A stretch of 64,000 nucleotides of DNA from Nitrospirota bacterium (GTDB taxonomy: Bacteria; Nitrospirota; UBA9217): the NCBI GenBank assembly GCA_963845065.1, contig CAWJQQ010000008.1:32001-96000 (forward strand), written 5' to 3'. Shown piece after piece: positions 53,201-63,148 of the stretch; position 1 is the first letter of the stretch; each line of letters begins with the position of its first letter. The translations under genes were made by a program, and so were the position numbers. Below the pieces are notes generated by a model that saw only the letters and a list, made by a program, of their open reading frames with translations, was not told where the DNA came from and searched no databases.

Positions 53201-54457
53201 TCATTGCAAGATCCGCTCGTAAGATTTTATTTTCCCAATTTCTCAGAAGTTCATTCCCATGCGATGGCCATGGCGTTTCGCTGGATGGGTCTGCACACTG
53301 GTGAGATTTCTCCGCTAGACCGGGGACAGCTCGAACGTGGCCTCCGATACACGTCGGGACGAGAGTGCCTTCCTCTGCCGCTCTGCATCGGACAACTGCT
53401 TAAGATCAAAGAAGATCGCGGACCCAATGAGATCGCAGGATTTTACATGCTGGAAGGCGGAGCACCATGCGTATTGGACGCATACTTGGACTACCTCAAG
53501 CGTTTCATCATGGAACAGCAATTGCTCGACTTTTTTTTGTTTGTTCCGACCGAAGAGAACGGCCAGAGCGCAATCGATAGAATAACCCTCGCAAAGCATA
53601 CGGCGCTCACACTCTTGGTAGCGGACCTCCTCGTGGAGATCGAGCACGTTCTCCGAGTCGTCGGTACTCAAGGCAGCGTGGATCAACTTAGGCAGGAGTG
53701 GCAGAGGTTTGTCGCCGCAGCAGACTCAGTGGACCGGTTCAAGACCGAGCTGTCCGGATTTATCGAGCGGATTGCAGCGCTGCCGCGCACTCGGGAACCG
53801 CAGGTTTGTCCGCGGGTAATTGTCATTGGTGACTTTTTCACTCGGTTCAGCCCGTTCTTCATGGACGGGGTCCGGGACCTCTATGCTGAACAAGGCATTA
53901 TCCTGAAACCTGTTGATATGACCGACCTGCTGTTTTATCACACCTATTACCCGGTGGCCGAGACGGCCCACGAATGGGGTATGAAGCCGGGCGGCCTGGC
54001 TCTGGTCAAAGCCTGTTCGAGAATACTCCGAAGGGACGGAAAGCAGTACATGCGGAACTGGATTGCTTATCAGGTTGAGAGATGGATCGAGGAAGACTAT
54101 CGTAGGTTGTTTGCGAAGACGGGTCTGCTCGTGGCAGGTCCAAATGATGCGGCTTCTCTGTTCGAGAAGGCCTCCGATTACGTGTCGCCGGTGATCTACG
54201 GTGAGATCCTCCCGACAGTAGGCCGGGGATTGGAAGCCGAAGCTGAAGGTTACGACGGAATCATCATTATTGGCCCGTTCAACTGCCTCCCGTTTCGCAT
54301 CTCGGAGGCGATCTTGAAACCGTTCGGCATCAGGCATGGGATGCCAGTTTTGACTTACGAGAGCGATGGCTACGCGGTTTCGCCGTCGGTGCTCCGGCAG
54401 GTGGACGTTCATATCCAGCAGGTTCTTGAGCACGCTGCCAGGATTCCAACGGCATAG
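50252..54457 (+). CDS. acyl-CoA dehydratase activase-like protein (two BadF/BcrAD ATPase domains plus DUF2229-like regions)
   Basis: NKCAAGSG, GLDVGSTTTK, EIGGQDSK, MNNACSAGTGSFLEE, EIDAHTADAG and PFNCLP; start uncertain. Confidence 0.88.
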   Translation: MLKIQPKRGNRLPQGTSSQPCSVGINIGAITVKVVALRGDSVFPRVKTHQGRPLEVLKEMLAGKEFKGADYFGVSGRRGHISEVAAIERALGEMGSDFDAVVSLGGESFLVYLLVNGRIANVLSHNKCAAGSGEFFVQQIGRMRLTIDEAIERSFGGKVVPLANRCSVHCKSDITHKLNRNEASLNDILHTLHDSMADKVVSLLEKGQRQLKRVLIIGGVSQNAALLYSLREKLLSTEIVVVPESLCFEAWGCALLTRDYPCYSSPKISLQPILDSFPPLHCQSGHVQVIAPLPRQPSPEGLLVLGLDVGSTTTKAILLDQSTKGIVASHYTRTQSDPVGATRECIRAIVQEAGNLRVGLIGTTGSARELVGAYLDTSHVYNEISAHAAGATHFDADVDTIFEIGGQDSKYIHLRNGVPVDYAMNNACSAGTGSFLEESAQGDLGISVSEIAEAALAATSPVQLKATCAAFINSDIRIAFQQGQSRENIIAGLVYAIAENYLTKVKGPRVVGKKVFLQGGVALNRAVGHAFAHSVDRTVVIPPNPELMGALGVALLALTRSHGEVDVATDLLSLALAEMASPGRFICKACRMHCSIDRFEVAGRRFPFGGRCNLYENVWKRNTRVIAAPDLVGQRAELIFGTADNHDERPTIDRGRPTIGIPRALLTHSLYPLYSTFFSSLGSDVILSGLDPHGELKSYSGFCFPAQTAHGAILDLAKRGVDLVFLPHVKRMPQHCGCRDSYLCPITQASPYFLAAAFSDVRFLSPVLDFTRGYECGPDLKEMVVREFGIGLEKIQQAWEAAKSAQVSVERAMQELGQQALERSLLEGKATIVLAGRSYNAYAPESSQSVGRKLSSMGVTVIPADCLASIEEGPFAWYFSNQVLNSMAMAKKYPNLFLVCISNFSCTVDAFTHARVASEMGSKPYLILEIDAHTADAGVQTRLEAFLDIVHNYQGAPAEQNRQFSLCHVGAGNTVIRSRGEAVSLQDPLVRFYFPNFSEVHSHAMAMAFRWMGLHTGEISPLDRGQLERGLRYTSGRECLPLPLCIGQLLKIKEDRGPNEIAGFYMLEGGAPCVLDAYLDYLKRFIMEQQLLDFFLFVPTEENGQSAIDRITLAKHTALTLLVADLLVEIEHVLRVVGTQGSVDQLRQEWQRFVAAADSVDRFKTELSGFIERIAALPRTREPQVCPRVIVIGDFFTRFSPFFMDGVRDLYAEQGIILKPVDMTDLLFYHTYYPVAETAHEWGMKPGGLALVKACSRILRRDGKQYMRNWIAYQVERWIEEDYRRLFAKTGLLVAGPNDAASLFEKASDYVSPVIYGEILPTVGRGLEAEAEGYDGIIIIGPFNCLPFRISEAILKPFGIRHGMPVLTYESDGYAVSPSVLRQVDVHIQQVLEHAARIPTA

Positions 54458-54595
54458 CGTATTTCTTTCAAGACCTTCAATTGCCAGCCGCGTCAGCCGG
54501 CTTGGTATAGAACATTTTTTCGGTTAAGACGAAGCAGCCGCTGTCCCTTAGGAAAATAGCGCGGGAAGCCCCACATGCTTTATGGTTGGAGTGCG

Positions 54596-55624
54596 TCAAG
54601 GATATGCTAGATTATTCATAAGTTCGATTGTTAATGCAATCCGGCCCGATTGTGATGGGAGGGCCGCGGTTTCATTTTTTATTTCGCCGATGAGCTTCAG
54701 CATATGCATGAGCTCTAGGAATTTTTGTGCATCAATTGTAACTACATAGATTCTATACGCATCAGTATATTCTCTCCGTGTTATTGATCCACCCAGCTTT
54801 GTTAAAGCTTGCTCAACATCCCCGCCTGCGACTTCAATGTCCTTTACTTGTACAATTACTGTGAGGCCAACCTTTTCAACTGATGTTGCGCTCAACGCTT
54901 TTCGTGTCTGGGATTCCGACTTTGATTTTATCTCCTCCCGCATCATTGCACCTGCTGCCTGCTGCTGCTGCATAGCCGGAGCGCGGGGTTGCGGTGCAGC
55001 TGCAAGTCTTTCTTCGGCAGCTTCCTTTTTTGCAACTGAGGTACGCTCATCCCGTCTTATTGGCGCGGGAGTCCCTGCCCGGTCAAGTGGAACTGCCGGT
55101 TCAGACCTCTCATATTCTGGTTTCATGTCCAGAGTCTTGTAACCCGGTGATTGCGGCACAGGTGATGGACGCGATGTAGGCTCATGCGCTTTGCCGATCT
55201 CATTTTTTCCACTGCTTGCTTGAGGTGTTTCCTTTTTGGCCGTAGACTCCCGAAGCTGCTTCTCGGAAGGTCTTATAACTGACGGAATATTACGGTATAT
55301 ATAGAATGCAGTGACGACAAGAAATAGTACTGCAACGGCCTGGATAGGCAGCTTGATGGAAAGCGGGAGAAACGACTTAGCGAAGAACCCTTTTAGTTTC
55401 AGTGACTCATCGCGCACGTTGGCCATAATCTTCTGTGTTATCCAAGCGGGTGGAGTCACTTCTTCGATGGTTTTGATGTGCTCGACAGTTTTCTGCAGTT
55501 TCCGGAGTTCGTCGCTGCAGAGGGAACAGTTCTTTAAGTGTTCCTCGATTGCGTTTCTCTCTGAAGCAGTAATAGAACCATCGATGTAGTACGAGAGTTT
55601 ATACCGAATAGATTTATGCTCCAT
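54596..55624 (-). CDS. zinc-finger (zf-HC2) membrane anti-sigma factor
   Basis: EEHLKNCSLC motif and TM helix; coupled to the ECF sigma gene. Confidence 0.85.
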   Translation of the reverse strand: MEHKSIRYKLSYYIDGSITASERNAIEEHLKNCSLCSDELRKLQKTVEHIKTIEEVTPPAWITQKIMANVRDESLKLKGFFAKSFLPLSIKLPIQAVAVLFLVVTAFYIYRNIPSVIRPSEKQLRESTAKKETPQASSGKNEIGKAHEPTSRPSPVPQSPGYKTLDMKPEYERSEPAVPLDRAGTPAPIRRDERTSVAKKEAAEERLAAAPQPRAPAMQQQQAAGAMMREEIKSKSESQTRKALSATSVEKVGLTVIVQVKDIEVAGGDVEQALTKLGGSITRREYTDAYRIYVVTIDAQKFLELMHMLKLIGEIKNETAALPSQSGRIALTIELMNNLAYP

Positions 55625-56274
55625 TAAAGTTCTCCGATCACGCGTTTCAGGCAATCTTTGACCATTTCTCTCGCACGAAAAAGCCGCGACTTGACTGTAC
55701 CTTCGCGCACTTTCAGTATACTCCCAATATCTTCATAGGAAAAATCCTGCATATCACGGAGAATCAGTACCTCGCGAAATTCCGGCTTAAGCGCTTGAAT
55801 GCAGCTTTGAACCTTATTTTGTATGTCGCGTTTTTCGAGTTTGTCGAGCGCGGATGGCTCTTTTGACGGCAGGTCGATTGCGAACTGCCCGCCATTGGCT
55901 AGGAGTGGCTCATCCAGTGAAAAAGTTACTCGACCCAGCCGCGACTTCATATGCTTAATTCTGTTCTTCGAGAGATTAACAGTAATGGACGTAAGCCACG
56001 TTGTAAATTTCGCTTCTCCACGAAAGTTCTTGATGCTTTTGTATGCCGAAATAAAGGTATCTTGGACAACCTCACAGGCCTCATCGTAATCATTAATTAG
56101 GCGGAAGGCGACGTTGAGCATTTTTTTCTGGTGTTTTACAACAAGCTGTTCAAAGGCATCCAGGTTTCCTTCCTGGGAAGACAGAACGAGTTGGGAATCA
56201 TCATCTGCGGTCACGATTCCGGCGACTTCTTTTGTATAAGACAACTCTGGAATGGGATTTGTTCCTTTTTGCAT
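55624..56274 (-). CDS. ECF RNA polymerase sigma factor
   Basis: AFEQLV, FTTWL and SYEDIGSILKVREGTVKSRLFRAR motifs. Confidence 0.93.
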   Translation of the reverse strand: MQKGTNPIPELSYTKEVAGIVTADDDSQLVLSSQEGNLDAFEQLVVKHQKKMLNVAFRLINDYDEACEVVQDTFISAYKSIKNFRGEAKFTTWLTSITVNLSKNRIKHMKSRLGRVTFSLDEPLLANGGQFAIDLPSKEPSALDKLEKRDIQNKVQSCIQALKPEFREVLILRDMQDFSYEDIGSILKVREGTVKSRLFRAREMVKDCLKRVIGEL

Positions 56275-56364
56275 ATTGCCATTGATTTTATCGCAAACCG
56301 CTTACTTTTGCATCGGCAAAATGATATTATATATATATAATCATTTTAAAATAGGAGGCGTCAT

Positions 56365-56583
56365 ATGACAAAACAGGTGAAGATTTTTGGGAAAGCCGGG
56401 TGACCGCATACAGACAAGGCCAGGTCGGCTTTCGGTGACAATGCTGTATATTATGATGTTAAGACAGACAGTTCAAAACTGAACGAAATGTTGAAAATTT
56501 CGAAGGGCATACGAAAAGTTCCGGTCGTTGTCGAGGACGGGAAGGTGACCATAGGCTATGAAGGTGGCGCATGAGGCGTGTGA
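56365..56583 (+). CDS. glutaredoxin-like UXX-star selenoprotein with two in-frame UGA codons (absent from ORF track)
   Basis: AGGAGG RBS; MTKQVKIFGKAG-U-PHT...RKVPVVVEDGKVTIGYEGGA-U-GV*; UGA at 56401 and 56572. Confidence 0.88.
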
Positions 56584-56682
56584 CAACCAGCAGGTTGCTG
56601 GTTAAAAGAATTGTGGACTAGGGATTACGAAACACCCGTAGCACGATAATGCATTATTTCATACAAAGGAGAGAAGAAGCGA

Positions 56683-57240
56683 ATGAGGGTGGACAATTTT
56701 TTTCTTGATAAAAACGATACAATGCTCCTGATTATCGATATCCAAGAACGGCTTGCTGTGGTGATGAAAGAAAAGGACAAGGTCGTGAAGAACACCCAAC
56801 ACATGATTGAGCTAGCAAGGATGATCAACCTCCCCCTTGTGGTGACTGAGCAGTACCCCAAAGGACTCGGCAGGACCGTTCCGGAGCTGCAATCGAGCAT
56901 TCCCGGCTATAAGCCTATCGAGAAAACCACCTTCGACTGCTGTGGTGAACCTTCGTTCCTTTCCGAGATTAACAAGTTCGGGAAAAAGAAAATTATTGTG
57001 ACCGGGATGGAAACGCATGTATGTGTGCTTCAGACAACGACGAGCCTTTTACAGGCAGGATTCGTGACGCATGTGGTGCAGGACGCCATTTGCTCGCGCA
57101 CCAAGGAGAACTGGAAGACAGGGTTGGCTTTCATGCACGATGCCGGCGCTATCGTGACGTGCACCGAGACTGTGCTGTTCCAGTTGCTAAGAGTGGCGGG
57201 CACGGAGGAGTTCAAGAAGATTTCGCAGAGGATCAGATGA
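56683..57240 (+). CDS. isochorismatase-family hydrolase
   Basis: IIDIQERL, TEQYPKGLG and GMETHVCVLQT motifs. Confidence 0.92.
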   Translation: MRVDNFFLDKNDTMLLIIDIQERLAVVMKEKDKVVKNTQHMIELARMINLPLVVTEQYPKGLGRTVPELQSSIPGYKPIEKTTFDCCGEPSFLSEINKFGKKKIIVTGMETHVCVLQTTTSLLQAGFVTHVVQDAICSRTKENWKTGLAFMHDAGAIVTCTETVLFQLLRVAGTEEFKKISQRIR

Positions 57241-57333
57241 TATAACAGACAAAATTCGTCAATGTTACACAGGGGAATAAATGAAAAGGACCATTATGAT
57301 TTCAGATCACAGTATGGATTATGAGGCTACCAT

Positions 57334-58986
57334 ATGGCACTGCAAGAAATAATCCCGGATGATGTAAAAAAGGTCATCAAGGAAACTTTTTTAGAATCCC
57401 TCAAGGACGATGTCGTCCTTGAAGTCTTTACGCAGAAGGGAAAGAACGACCAGTTCAACGACGCGACGATTAACCTGGTCAAGACGCTTGCGGTTTTGTC
57501 CGACAAACTGAAGGTTTCCTTCCATACCGTCGGCGATGCGCAATCCGTAAAACGGAACGTCACCCGCTCACCATCGGTCCTCATCGCACCGGACAAGTAC
57601 CGTATGCGCTACACCGGTGCTCCCCTCGGCGAAGAAGGCCGCTCGTTTCTGATCGCGATCATGATGGCTTCCACCGGCAAGGGCCTTTTAACCGAACCCA
57701 TGGTAAAGAAAATTTCTGACGAACTTCGGGAAAAGCGGGACATCCAGGTCTTCGTTAGTCCCACCTGTCCGTACTGCCCGCAGCAGGTGCTGTCGGCCTT
57801 CTCGGCCGCACTCGCGAAACCCGCTCTGGTATCAGCGGAGAGTGTTGAGATATATGAGAATCAGGATCTCGCTGAAAGTCTCGGATCCCTGGCCGTTCCA
57901 CAGACATTTATGAACGGGACCTTCACCGGTGCAGGTCTTCAGCCTGAACCGTGGTTCGTCGAATCCCTCCTCTCGCTCAAAGAGCCACAGGTCGCATCGA
58001 CCCAGATCTCCGGTGAGCCAATCGAAAAGGATCTTGTCATTGTCGGTGGTGGACCGGCCGGGCTCACGACGGCGATCTATGCGGTGCGTGCGGGTCTCAA
58101 TAGCATCGTAATTGAAAGGAGCAACCTCGGAGGGCAGGTGATGATCACGCCTGTAGTCGAGAATTATCCCGGGTTTATGCGGATCGGGGGCAAGAGTCTT
58201 GTGGACCTCCTTGCGCAGCAAGCGGCACAGTACAGCGAAATTCACGTGGGCGAATTCGTGACAGAAGTGGAAAAGGACCGGTCGGACAACAGGATTCGGA
58301 TCAAGACGAATCACGCTATCTACATCACCAAGGGTCTGGTCATCTCCACAGGCGTTGGCAACCGGGTGCTGGAAGCAACAGGGGCTCAGAAATTCTACGG
58401 TAGGGGAGTGAGCTACTGCGCAACTTGCGACGGATACTTCTTCAAGGACGGAAAACAGGTCATTGTCGTGGGCGGTGGCAATACAGCAATCACGGATGCG
58501 CTTTACCTCCACAACATCGGAGCCAAAGTGACCCTTGTCCACCGTCGAGACTCGCTCCGGGCTGAGTCAAGGCTCCAGCAAAGCTTTAATCAGTCCGGAA
58601 TCACCGCGCTATGGAACAGTGAGGTGAAGGAGATTTCTGGCGACAAGATTGTGAAAGTGGTCAAAGTGGAAGACAAGCGAAACGGGAGTGTCAAGGATAT
58701 GGCCGTTGACGGAGTGTTCATTGCTATAGGCTACGTTCCGAACATTGAACTCGCAAAGCAGCTCGGGCTCGAACTTGACGACCAAGGATATATCAAGACT
58801 GACCTTGCAACGATGAGGACGTCCATGCCCAACGTATATGCAGCAGGAGACATTACGGGAGCGCCGAAGCAGATTGTGGTTGCCGTAGCGCATGGGTCGA
58901 TCGCCGCGATGACGGCGTTCGAGGATCTGACGAGCAGGACCTGGCTTACGGTGGAAAAGGCAGCAGAGGCCGTGCAGGTCGGCTAA
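57334..58986 (+). CDS. thioredoxin reductase with N-terminal thioredoxin-fold domains (AhpF-like architecture)
   Basis: CPYC, GGGPAG, SYCATCDG, GGGNTA and AAGDIT motifs. Confidence 0.9.
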   Translation: MALQEIIPDDVKKVIKETFLESLKDDVVLEVFTQKGKNDQFNDATINLVKTLAVLSDKLKVSFHTVGDAQSVKRNVTRSPSVLIAPDKYRMRYTGAPLGEEGRSFLIAIMMASTGKGLLTEPMVKKISDELREKRDIQVFVSPTCPYCPQQVLSAFSAALAKPALVSAESVEIYENQDLAESLGSLAVPQTFMNGTFTGAGLQPEPWFVESLLSLKEPQVASTQISGEPIEKDLVIVGGGPAGLTTAIYAVRAGLNSIVIERSNLGGQVMITPVVENYPGFMRIGGKSLVDLLAQQAAQYSEIHVGEFVTEVEKDRSDNRIRIKTNHAIYITKGLVISTGVGNRVLEATGAQKFYGRGVSYCATCDGYFFKDGKQVIVVGGGNTAITDALYLHNIGAKVTLVHRRDSLRAESRLQQSFNQSGITALWNSEVKEISGDKIVKVVKVEDKRNGSVKDMAVDGVFIAIGYVPNIELAKQLGLELDDQGYIKTDLATMRTSMPNVYAAGDITGAPKQIVVAVAHGSIAAMTAFEDLTSRTWLTVEKAAEAVQVG

Positions 58987-59016
58987 ACGCTGCCGTCCCG
59001 TCCGGATATGGTTTTT

Positions 59017-59592
59017 TTAAAACTTCACTTTGGGCGTTTCTCTCTCTGTCTGCGGAACTTCGTAGTACTGCGCTTCATTTACTCCTGCCAGGGAAGCAAT
59101 GAACTTTCCGAACACTGTCCTGCGATAGGTGTCGAGGGTTTTCACATCGTCGTTATAGCGTTTACGCTCCACGGCAATCCTGTTCTCCGTGCCTTCCAAA
59201 CTGTCTTGTAACTTCAGGAATGACTCGTTCGCCTTGAGTTGGGGATAGGCTTCCTGGAGCATGAGGAGCCGTGAGAGTACACCTTCTAGCTGCTGGGATG
59301 ATTGGATCTTGTCCTTTACGGTGTTCGCCTGGAAGTATTTGGTCCGCGCATTCGCGATGTCTGTAAAAACATCTTTTTCGTGTTTTGCATAACCCTTGAC
59401 TGTCTCCACAAGGTTCGGGATTAGATCGTAACGCCGTTTCAGCTGATTCTCAACCTGTGCCCACTGCGACTTGACCTGCTCGTCCATTGCCACGACCTGG
59501 TTATACTGACTCACTCCCCACATAATAGTCAAAATCGCAGTCAATGCAATGACTGCGAAAATGATCAGTAATGTTTTTACTCCGTTGCTCAT
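59017..59592 (-). CDS. lemA: LemA family protein
   Basis: RRYDLIPNLVETVKGYA, YPQLKAN and LEGTENRIAVERKRYN motifs. Confidence 0.95.
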   Translation of the reverse strand: MSNGVKTLLIIFAVIALTAILTIMWGVSQYNQVVAMDEQVKSQWAQVENQLKRRYDLIPNLVETVKGYAKHEKDVFTDIANARTKYFQANTVKDKIQSSQQLEGVLSRLLMLQEAYPQLKANESFLKLQDSLEGTENRIAVERKRYNDDVKTLDTYRRTVFGKFIASLAGVNEAQYYEVPQTERETPKVKF

Positions 59593-59693
59593 ATCTGCCT
59601 CCTCAATTTTTTTAAAATATTGCAAGGTTCTGCACCTTAAGCTTCTTCCTGCTGAGAAAAGGCTAATTCGAGAGGACCTTCATGATAAAGCAT

Positions 59694-60473
59694 CTACCAT
59701 CCTCCCGATGCTCCGCCCCCGCCCCCACTTCCGCCTCCACCACCGCCGAAGCTGCCTCCACCATAACCTCCTCCTCCTGCCCAGCCACCTCTCCCGCCTC
59801 CCAATTGCGAGGCCAGGATGATGAGGAAACATTGGCGAGGATGCGTTATGAAAAGAATGAGAGCAATCACGGCAAATACGATGACCATAATGGTTTGAAA
59901 TGTTCCAAGCGTTCTGCCGGTGTGAGCGTTGTAGGTCTGTTGAACTTCTGGCATTCCCGTAATTTGAACGCCCTCGTGAGACGCAATCGTATTTGCCACA
60001 ACGACTGTGGCAGTATAGATCGCCGAACCGTAATCGCCCTTTTTGAAATAAGGGACTAGATATTCGCGGCCGATCGTGCCTACCATGCTGTCGGGAAGAA
60101 CGCTTTCAAGGCCGTAGCCGATCTCGAAACGATACTCCCGGTCCTTTACTGCTACGACTATCAACACTCCATTGTCTTTGCCCTTTTGGCCGAGCTTCCA
60201 CATTTCTTTGGTATTGAATGAGAACTCATCGATGCTTTGGCCGTCCAGGCTCTGGACCGTGAGCACAAGAACCTGCGCCGTTGTCTTCTGCTCGAGTTCT
60301 TTGAGGTAGGCATTCAGCCGGGCTTGTATTTCTTCAGGGATTACTCCGGCCAGATCGACGACGTAGTCGTGCGGGACCGATGGCGGCTTCGGCGTGGAGG
60401 CAAGTGCGTTTGAAACGAAAAAGGATATGATGAGGAAAGACGTGACAATGAATTTATTAAACATGGAGGTCAT
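59694..60473 (-). CDS. TPM domain protein
   Basis: VVDLAGV, WKLGQKGKDNGVL, EIGYGLE and Gly-rich tail. Confidence 0.92.
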   Translation of the reverse strand: MTSMFNKFIVTSFLIISFFVSNALASTPKPPSVPHDYVVDLAGVIPEEIQARLNAYLKELEQKTTAQVLVLTVQSLDGQSIDEFSFNTKEMWKLGQKGKDNGVLIVVAVKDREYRFEIGYGLESVLPDSMVGTIGREYLVPYFKKGDYGSAIYTATVVVANTIASHEGVQITGMPEVQQTYNAHTGRTLGTFQTIMVIVFAVIALILFITHPRQCFLIILASQLGGGRGGWAGGGGYGGGSFGGGGGGSGGGGGASGGW

Positions 60474-61203
60474 CGATGATCTTTTCTATGGACTCGAGAG
60501 CTCGGTAATATTTCTCGAAGAAAACACCCAGTTCCTGCGCCGAGGGTTTGATAAGATTGGCCTTGAGTTTGAGCAGGTGTTCGAAGATGTCAGTCTGAAG
60601 CCCTGCTGTATGGATAAATGTATGGATTACGTCCATTCTCTGGATAGGTGGTTCTTTGCCGAGGAGCGTGATGATCGCACGGAAGAGCGCCATCGAACCG
60701 GTTATGGATCGTACGAGGGATGCGGCGAGCTGTTTTTTTTTCCCCAATGACGAAATATATTCCTGCCGCACGCGGATTAGCTTGGTTTTTATCTCCCGCT
60801 CGCATTGGAGCCGGAGTTCGGGCCCGGCAATCAGCAAGTCGTTCAGGACGTCAGGTCCGTATATCGTCTTGTGGATGAGCTTGAAATCGAGGAACTCAAG
60901 CGGAAACGCCCCCAATGAACGGGTAATATACTCAGGAGTCATCACAAGCGGGGCGGCAATGCGCTTTTTGCCGTACTTTTTGCCAAGCGGCGCAAGATAT
61001 GTGATGAATCGAAGGTCCATGTTGTGCAGGAGAACAAGGGAATTGATGTCCGACAGTTTCTCATCATAATCCTGGATGACCGCGCTACCTACTATATGGA
61101 TGGAATGAAGGTTTGACTCATGGGCCTTGAAAAGGTCATCTATCATGGGTGTAATTTTTTTTGCTATAGCAGGATCCAGTCCCGAGAAATTGAGAGTAGC
61201 CAT
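60457..61203 (-). CDS. nucleotidyltransferase-like protein of the LemA/TPM operon
   Basis: VGSAV..DYDEKLSDIN, FPLEFLD and LRLQCERE motifs. Confidence 0.7.
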   Translation of the reverse strand: MATLNFSGLDPAIAKKITPMIDDLFKAHESNLHSIHIVGSAVIQDYDEKLSDINSLVLLHNMDLRFITYLAPLGKKYGKKRIAAPLVMTPEYITRSLGAFPLEFLDFKLIHKTIYGPDVLNDLLIAGPELRLQCEREIKTKLIRVRQEYISSLGKKKQLAASLVRSITGSMALFRAIITLLGKEPPIQRMDVIHTFIHTAGLQTDIFEHLLKLKANLIKPSAQELGVFFEKYYRALESIEKIIDDLHV

Positions 61204-61435
61204 AATGACGCATTATAGCACAGTATTGTGTGCTTCACAATGAAACAGGAGGCTCCGATTAACATATAAAAGCACAATGCAACAAAGAAAAAGAATTAGA
61301 GCTTTTAGTGGTCTAAAGGTGTACAATAACAAAGTTAAGAACCTAGGCGACCCCAATAATTGCTTTTCGATGAACGTTGCAGCGATAATCGCATCAGGAG
61401 TAAAAAAAACGATCTGAAGCTAAGGAGAACTCATA

Positions 61436-61840
61436 GTGGAAAAGTATTCTGCAGGTGAAAACGTTGCGTCCCATTGTACAAAATGCAAGCTAAGCCTCGA
61501 TCACGTCATTGTTGCCATGAACGGAGAATCGATCGTCAAAGTGCAGTGTAAAACCTGCGGCAGCACGCACAAATTCAGGAATCCTGCCGATCCCCCGAAG
61601 GTCCGCATCACAAGAGTGAAAAAAGAAAGTCAAAAAATTGATGCTGCTGCGGCAGAATGGGAAGCCGGGTTGGCCGGGGCCAGAGGAAAAGAACATGTTT
61701 ACAGCATGTCTATGAAATATCGTATCGGAGATGTTGTCGAGCATCACACCTTCGGTAAGGGCATTGTGCGGAAACTTTACATGAATAAGTGCGATGTGCT
61801 GTTTAAGGACAAGGAACGGCTGATGGCTTCAGCCAATTAG
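61436..61840 (+). CDS. hypothetical protein with Zn ribbon and C-terminal SH3/Tudor-like segment
   Basis: CTKCK...CKTCGSTH and HHTFGKGIV; AAGGAG RBS. Confidence 0.75.
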   Translation: MEKYSAGENVASHCTKCKLSLDHVIVAMNGESIVKVQCKTCGSTHKFRNPADPPKVRITRVKKESQKIDAAAAEWEAGLAGARGKEHVYSMSMKYRIGDVVEHHTFGKGIVRKLYMNKCDVLFKDKERLMASAN

Positions 61841-61963
61841 CATCCACTGGCAGGAAGAAGCTCCATCTGCGAGATAAGGCAGTTTAAGCGCTCAGGACTT
61901 AAACGAAAGTGATTAGATGTGCTGGAGCACGAGTAACACCGCTCCAGCTTTTTTTTCCACATT

Positions 61964-62512
61964 ATGACTCTCCATCCGACCAATATTGTCCTTATCGGCA
62001 TGCCCGGTTCGGGTAAAAGTACCGTCGGCATCGTATTGGCAAAACTGCTCGGGAAAAATTTTGTTGATACCGACGTCCTGATCCAGACGCAATACGGACG
62101 ATCCTTGCAGGACATAGTCGACAACAGCGGATACCTTGTCTTACGAGCGATCGAGGAAAAGGCACTACTCCGTCTCGTCATTAAAAGTCACGTAATTGCC
62201 ACGGGCGGCAGTGCCGTCTACAGTCGCTCTGCCATGGAACACCTTAAGGCGGATGGCACCATTGTTTTCCTGAACGTTGACTTGGCCACATTGAAAACGA
62301 GGGTCTGCGATTTTTCTATACGAGGCCTTGCAAAACAGCCAAGCCAGACCGTTGACGACCTTTTTGACGAGCGTTGCGCCCTGTACCAGAAATATGCGGA
62401 CATCACCGTTGATTGTGCCAGGCTGACACACGAAGAAGTTTGCGCTAAGATCATTCAGGAACTGAAAAAAATGGGCTCCGTACTAAGTAGTGAAGCGGTC
62501 AGCAAGGGCTAA
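61964..62512 (+). CDS. aroK: shikimate kinase
   Basis: LIGMPGSGKSTVG, FVDTD, IATGGSAVY and ER..LY motifs. Confidence 0.92.
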   Translation: MTLHPTNIVLIGMPGSGKSTVGIVLAKLLGKNFVDTDVLIQTQYGRSLQDIVDNSGYLVLRAIEEKALLRLVIKSHVIATGGSAVYSRSAMEHLKADGTIVFLNVDLATLKTRVCDFSIRGLAKQPSQTVDDLFDERCALYQKYADITVDCARLTHEEVCAKIIQELKKMGSVLSSEAVSKG

Positions 62513-62661
62513 TACTTTTTTTCATCCTCGCGTTAAAAATATAAAATCCGAGTAGTGCATATTTTCGCTTACAATATGAACGAATTTTTCTCTTCAAATT
62601 TATTTTATATTGAGGTATCATATGCAATAATTATTAATTCGATAAGTTTCTGGAGCCACCT

Positions 62662-62973
62662 ATGAGCCTGTTGACGGTTGCATCCCTTGTTTTTCTTTTG
62701 AACATTCCTTTTGGCTACTGGAGGGCCAACGTGCGGAAACTCTCGTTTCCCTGGTTTCTTTCGGTTCATGCGCCTGTTCCCTTTATCATTGCCCTTCGGC
62801 TGCTTTCAGGCATGGGCTTTCAACTCATAACCTTCCCGTTCATGATCGTTGCATATTTCGGCGGCCAGTTTGCGGGCAGCTGGCTCCACAGTATGCGCAA
62901 AAAAAAAGACGGATTGCAAGTCAGCTCCTGCCTTGTCTGGGATCTTGTCGGCCCGCAACAAAAACGCTATTAA
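62662..62973 (+). CDS. small membrane protein
   Basis: NIPFGYWRA...WFLSVHAPVP; three hydrophobic segments. Confidence 0.75.
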   Translation: MSLLTVASLVFLLNIPFGYWRANVRKLSFPWFLSVHAPVPFIIALRLLSGMGFQLITFPFMIVAYFGGQFAGSWLHSMRKKKDGLQVSSCLVWDLVGPQQKRY

Positions 62974-63115
62974 GCGCGCAGCCTCCAACGCTAGGTAATC
63001 TAGTACATGCGGACAGTTTTACGGCAAGAAGCTAATCACCTCATGAAAATTATCAAGCTTGTTCCTCCGTCCCTTCTGTAAGCCTCTGAGTAATTTTCTT
63101 TACCAAATCATCCGC

Positions 63116-63148
63116 AGAAAGCCCCTGGTTTTAACCATGGGGATGAAT
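63116..63148 (+). repeat. short palindromic element resembling an IS200/IS605 end (copy 2)
   Basis: AGAAAGCCCCTGGTTTTAACCATGGGGATGAAT matches 12317-12350 in reverse. Confidence 0.65.
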
